From an uncultured Actinomycetes bacterium (lineage in GTDB: Bacteria > Actinomycetota > Acidimicrobiia > IMCC26256 > JAOSJL01): 64,000 bases of DNA. The translations under genes and the position numbers were made by a program. This document shows positions 61,621 to 64,000 of the stretch, in pieces. The stretch's first letter is position 1. Each line of letters starts with the position of its first letter. The stretch spans positions 1,048,219 to 1,112,218 of the forward strand of contig CAVPGR010000004.1 of assembly GCA_963704035.1 (NCBI GenBank). The letters are read 5' to 3'. Below the pieces are notes generated by a model. That model had not been told where the DNA came from. It ran no database searches and was given only the letters and a program-made list of their open reading frames with translations.

Positions 61621-62819
61621 CCGAACCACGCGTGGCGCAGAGTGCCGTCGGTGAGGTTCTCGTAGAAGACGCGCGTCTTGGCGCCGTCCTTGATCGCAGC
61701 CGCGCTCACACCCACGGAGTCCGTCGTGCGCCCGGCTGGTCCGCCCGCGCCGTCGAGGATCTCGAACGACCAGATGCTGCCCGTGTACTGAGCCTCACGG
61801 AGCTCGTTGTTGACCTCGTCGTTGTTGAACACGTGGATCTTCGAACTGTCGACGACCACGGTGTTGTAGTTGCCGACGTTGCCCACGATCCGTCCGTTGG
61901 ATCCGCCGGCGCCGTCGAGTGTCTCGAAGGCCCAGGCGGCTCCGTTGTAGTACGCGTGCCGGAGCGTGGTGGTCGTGGCGTTGCGGTAGAAGACGTGTGG
62001 CCGCGAGCCGTAGATGACCGCTGCGTTGTCGAATCCGCTGCTCCCGAGCTCCCGACCGTCGGGCCCTCCGGCGCCGTCGAGTGTCTCGAACGCCCAGGCG
62101 ACGCCGTTCCAGTAGGCGTGACGCAGGAGGCCGGCGGCCCCGCCCGTGTCGGAGTGGTAGAAGACGTGCGGGCGGGAGTTGTAAATGATGACGCTGGAGG
62201 CTTCGCCCGCGTAGTCGTCGACGCGACCGTTGGGTCCTCCGGCGCCGTCGAGCGTCTCGAAGGCCCACGCGACACCGTTGTAGTAGGCGTGACGCAGGTT
62301 CCCGTCGCTCTCGTCGAGGTAGAAGACGTGGGGCCGACCGTTGTACAGGACGACTGAGGTGTTCGAACCCAGAATCGAGTTGATTCGCCCGCCGGCTCCG
62401 CCTGCCCCGTCGAGGGTCTCGAACGCCCACGCGACGCCGTTCCAGTAGGTGTGGCGGAGATTCCCGTCTGTCTGGTCCTGGTAGAAGACGTGGGGTCGGC
62501 TGTTGTAGAGAATCGCCGCGTTGTAGAGCCCCACGTCGTTCGTGGTTCTTCCGCCCGGCCCGCCGTTGCCGTCGAGAGTCTCGAACGCCCAGAACGAACC
62601 GTTCCAATAGGCGTGGCGAAGGGCGTTGTCGGTGGCGTCGTAGTAGAAGACGTGGGGCCCGCCGTTGTAGAGGATCGTGGCGTTGTACGTGCCCACGGTG
62701 TCGGTCGTGCGGCCGTTCGATCCGCCGTTGCCGTCGAGCGTCTCGAAGTGCCACGTGCACCCGGTGGCGAACAGCGCCGCGATCACGACGCCTGCGACGA
62801 TCGTTCTGGCTGCGCGCAC
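61617..62819 (-). CDS. 7 x 54-aa repeat lipoprotein, paralog i (intact)
   Basis: GGAGGG-GTG at 62819; RAARTIVAGVVIAALFATGC; ends LRHAWFG. Confidence 0.8.
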   Translation of the reverse strand: MRAARTIVAGVVIAALFATGCTWHFETLDGNGGSNGRTTDTVGTYNATILYNGGPHVFYYDATDNALRHAYWNGSFWAFETLDGNGGPGGRTTNDVGLYNAAILYNSRPHVFYQDQTDGNLRHTYWNGVAWAFETLDGAGGAGGRINSILGSNTSVVLYNGRPHVFYLDESDGNLRHAYYNGVAWAFETLDGAGGPNGRVDDYAGEASSVIIYNSRPHVFYHSDTGGAAGLLRHAYWNGVAWAFETLDGAGGPDGRELGSSGFDNAAVIYGSRPHVFYRNATTTTLRHAYYNGAAWAFETLDGAGGSNGRIVGNVGNYNTVVVDSSKIHVFNNDEVNNELREAQYTGSIWSFEILDGAGGPAGRTTDSVGVSAAAIKDGAKTRVFYENLTDGTLRHAWFG

Positions 62820-62848
62820 GAGTCCCTCCGAGACGGGGTCAGGGAAGG

Positions 62849-62877
62849 ACGCTACGCGGGCCGGCTTCGAGCGTCAA
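62849..62877 (-). promoter_or_regulatory. conserved promoter cassette upstream of paralog i
   Basis: Minus strand TTGACG, 17 nt, TAGCGT. Confidence 0.55.
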
Positions 62878-62895
62878 CGATTCCGCGGAACCGTG

Positions 62896-64000
62896 TCAGC
62901 CGAGCCAGCCGTGTCGCAGGTCGCCGGTCGTTCTGTCGTAGTAAAAGACGTGGGGAAGTCCACCCGAGACGACGGCCGCGTTGTACCAGCCCACGTCGTC
63001 GAGGGTGCGGCCGTGGTCGAATCCGTTGCCGTCGAGGTGTTCGAATACCCATCCGACCTCGGTGTAGCGGGCGCGTCGGAGGTTGCCCGCGGTGCGGTCG
63101 TAGTAGAAGACCTGGGGGCGTCCGCCCGAGAGGATCGCGGCGGTGTCCTCACCGACGTCGTGGCCGGTACGACCGTCGGGGCCGCCGTTTCCGTCGAGGA
63201 CCTCGAAGGCCCAGAACTGTCCGTTCCAGTATCCGTGGCGCAGCGTCCCGCCGAAGTCCTCGTCGTAGTAGAAGACGTGCGGACGTCCGCCGTAGAGCAC
63301 CACGGAGCTGAACGTGCCGACGTCGTTGCTGGTTCGTCCGTTCGGTCCGCCGTTGCCGTCGAGTGTCTCGAAGGCCCAGAACTGGCCGTTCCAGTATCCG
63401 TGGCGGAGGTTGCTCTCGGTGGTGTCGTAGTAGAAGACGTGGGGTCGACCGCCGTAGAGAACCACGGCGTTGTAGAAGCCGACGTTGTTGGGTGTGCGTC
63501 CGTTCGGGCCGCCGTTGCCGTCGAGTGTCTCGAACGCCCAGGCGACGCCGTTGTAGTAGGCGTGGCGCAGTGCACCCGCGGTGTCGTCGTAAAAGAAGAC
63601 GTGGGGTCGTCCGTTGTAGAGCACCGCCGCGTTGAACTCACCGACGTTGTTGGGTGTGCGTCCGTTGGGTCCGCCGTTGCCGTCGAGTGTCTCGAACGCC
63701 CAGGCGACACCGTTGTAGTAGGCGTGGCGCAGTGCACCGTCGGTCCCGTCGAAGTAGAAGACGTGAGGCCGTCCGCCGTAGAGCATCGCCGCGCTGTACC
63801 GACCCACGTCATGGAGCGTTCGCCCGTTGCCACCGCCGTTGCCGTCGAGCACGTCGAGGGCCCAGAACTGTCCGTTCCAGTATCCGTGGCGGAGATCCCC
63901 GTGCTCCCTGTCGTAGTAGAAGGCATGGGGTCGACCGTGGTAGACGACGGCCGCGTTGTACTCGCCGAGATCGGCGTCGACGCTCCCGTTCAGCCCGAAC
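62896..64000 (-). CDS. 7 x 54-aa repeat protein, paralog j (5' end outside window)
   Basis: The frame stays open to base 64000 with the same repeat signature; ends LRHGWLG. Confidence 0.75.
   Translation of the reverse strand, partial: FGLNGSVDADLGEYNAAVVYHGRPHAFYYDREHGDLRHGYWNGQFWALDVLDGNGGGNGRTLHDVGRYSAAMLYGGRPHVFYFDGTDGALRHAYYNGVAWAFETLDGNGGPNGRTPNNVGEFNAAVLYNGRPHVFFYDDTAGALRHAYYNGVAWAFETLDGNGGPNGRTPNNVGFYNAVVLYGGRPHVFYYDTTESNLRHGYWNGQFWAFETLDGNGGPNGRTSNDVGTFSSVVLYGGRPHVFYYDEDFGGTLRHGYWNGQFWAFEVLDGNGGPDGRTGHDVGEDTAAILSGGRPQVFYYDRTAGNLRRARYTEVGWVFEHLDGNGFDHGRTLDDVGWYNAAVVSGGLPHVFYYDRTTGDLRHGWLG

Larger units (their letters stand above)
50304..64000 (-). repeat. 162-bp coding periodicity (54-aa blade unit) across ten tandem paralogs
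   Basis: Strings such as gtagaagacgtggggccgaccgttgtag recur many times within and between genes. Confidence 0.85.

Noticed and set aside
53240-63311. Series of long plus-strand ORFs across the propeller array (e.g. 54149-55441, 59116-60528)
   Set aside because: They mirror the minus-strand repeat periodicity (V/E/D/G/R-rich) and lack signal peptides and RBS/promoter context. Only the minus-strand genes have those.
50304-64000. Periodic 162-bp repeats as a CRISPR array or satellite
   Set aside because: The repeats are contiguous, in-frame and protein-coding. There is no repeat-spacer alternation, and the period is far longer than CRISPR repeats.

Overview
High-GC, actinobacterial-type chromosome segment centred on the replication origin. 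The core block (about 20.1-50.2 kb) has the ori-region gene order known from Mycobacterium and Streptomyces. In order: tRNA-Ile, a membrane protein, gyrA (split by a 349-aa intein at the catalytic Tyr), gyrB, a DUF721/DciA-like gene, recF, dnaN, a DnaA-box plus AT-rich spacer (oriC-like), dnaA, rpmH, rnpA, yidD, yidC, jag, rsmG. Then come two parS sites, parA, parB, a CwlM-like amidase, trxA, trxB, an anti-sigma/ECF sigma pair, a Ser/Thr kinase, degV, murJ, a large secreted protein, a GNAT, a deacetylase and pilT. The left flank (0-20 kb) is accessory: regulators, an anSME-like radical SAM enzyme, an acyl-CoA dehydrogenase, a two-component system with a tandemly duplicated secreted protein, and many frame-broken genes. 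It includes a 4.7-kb segment bounded by tRNA-Ala and a 46-bp copy of that tRNA's 3' half, which looks like an integrated-element scar. The right flank (50.3 kb to the window edge) is the most unusual part. It holds at least ten tandem paralogous lipoprotein genes, each built only of seven 54-aa repeats (predicted membrane-tethered beta-propellers). Five copies of an invariant promoter cassette sit between them, and an XRE-HTH/nucleotidyltransferase pair interrupts the array. I could not assign this family from memory, and it is my best candidate for an undescribed system. Caveat: single-base frame breaks are frequent, and one lies in essential gyrA. Sequence error is therefore a live explanation for many apparent pseudogenes.
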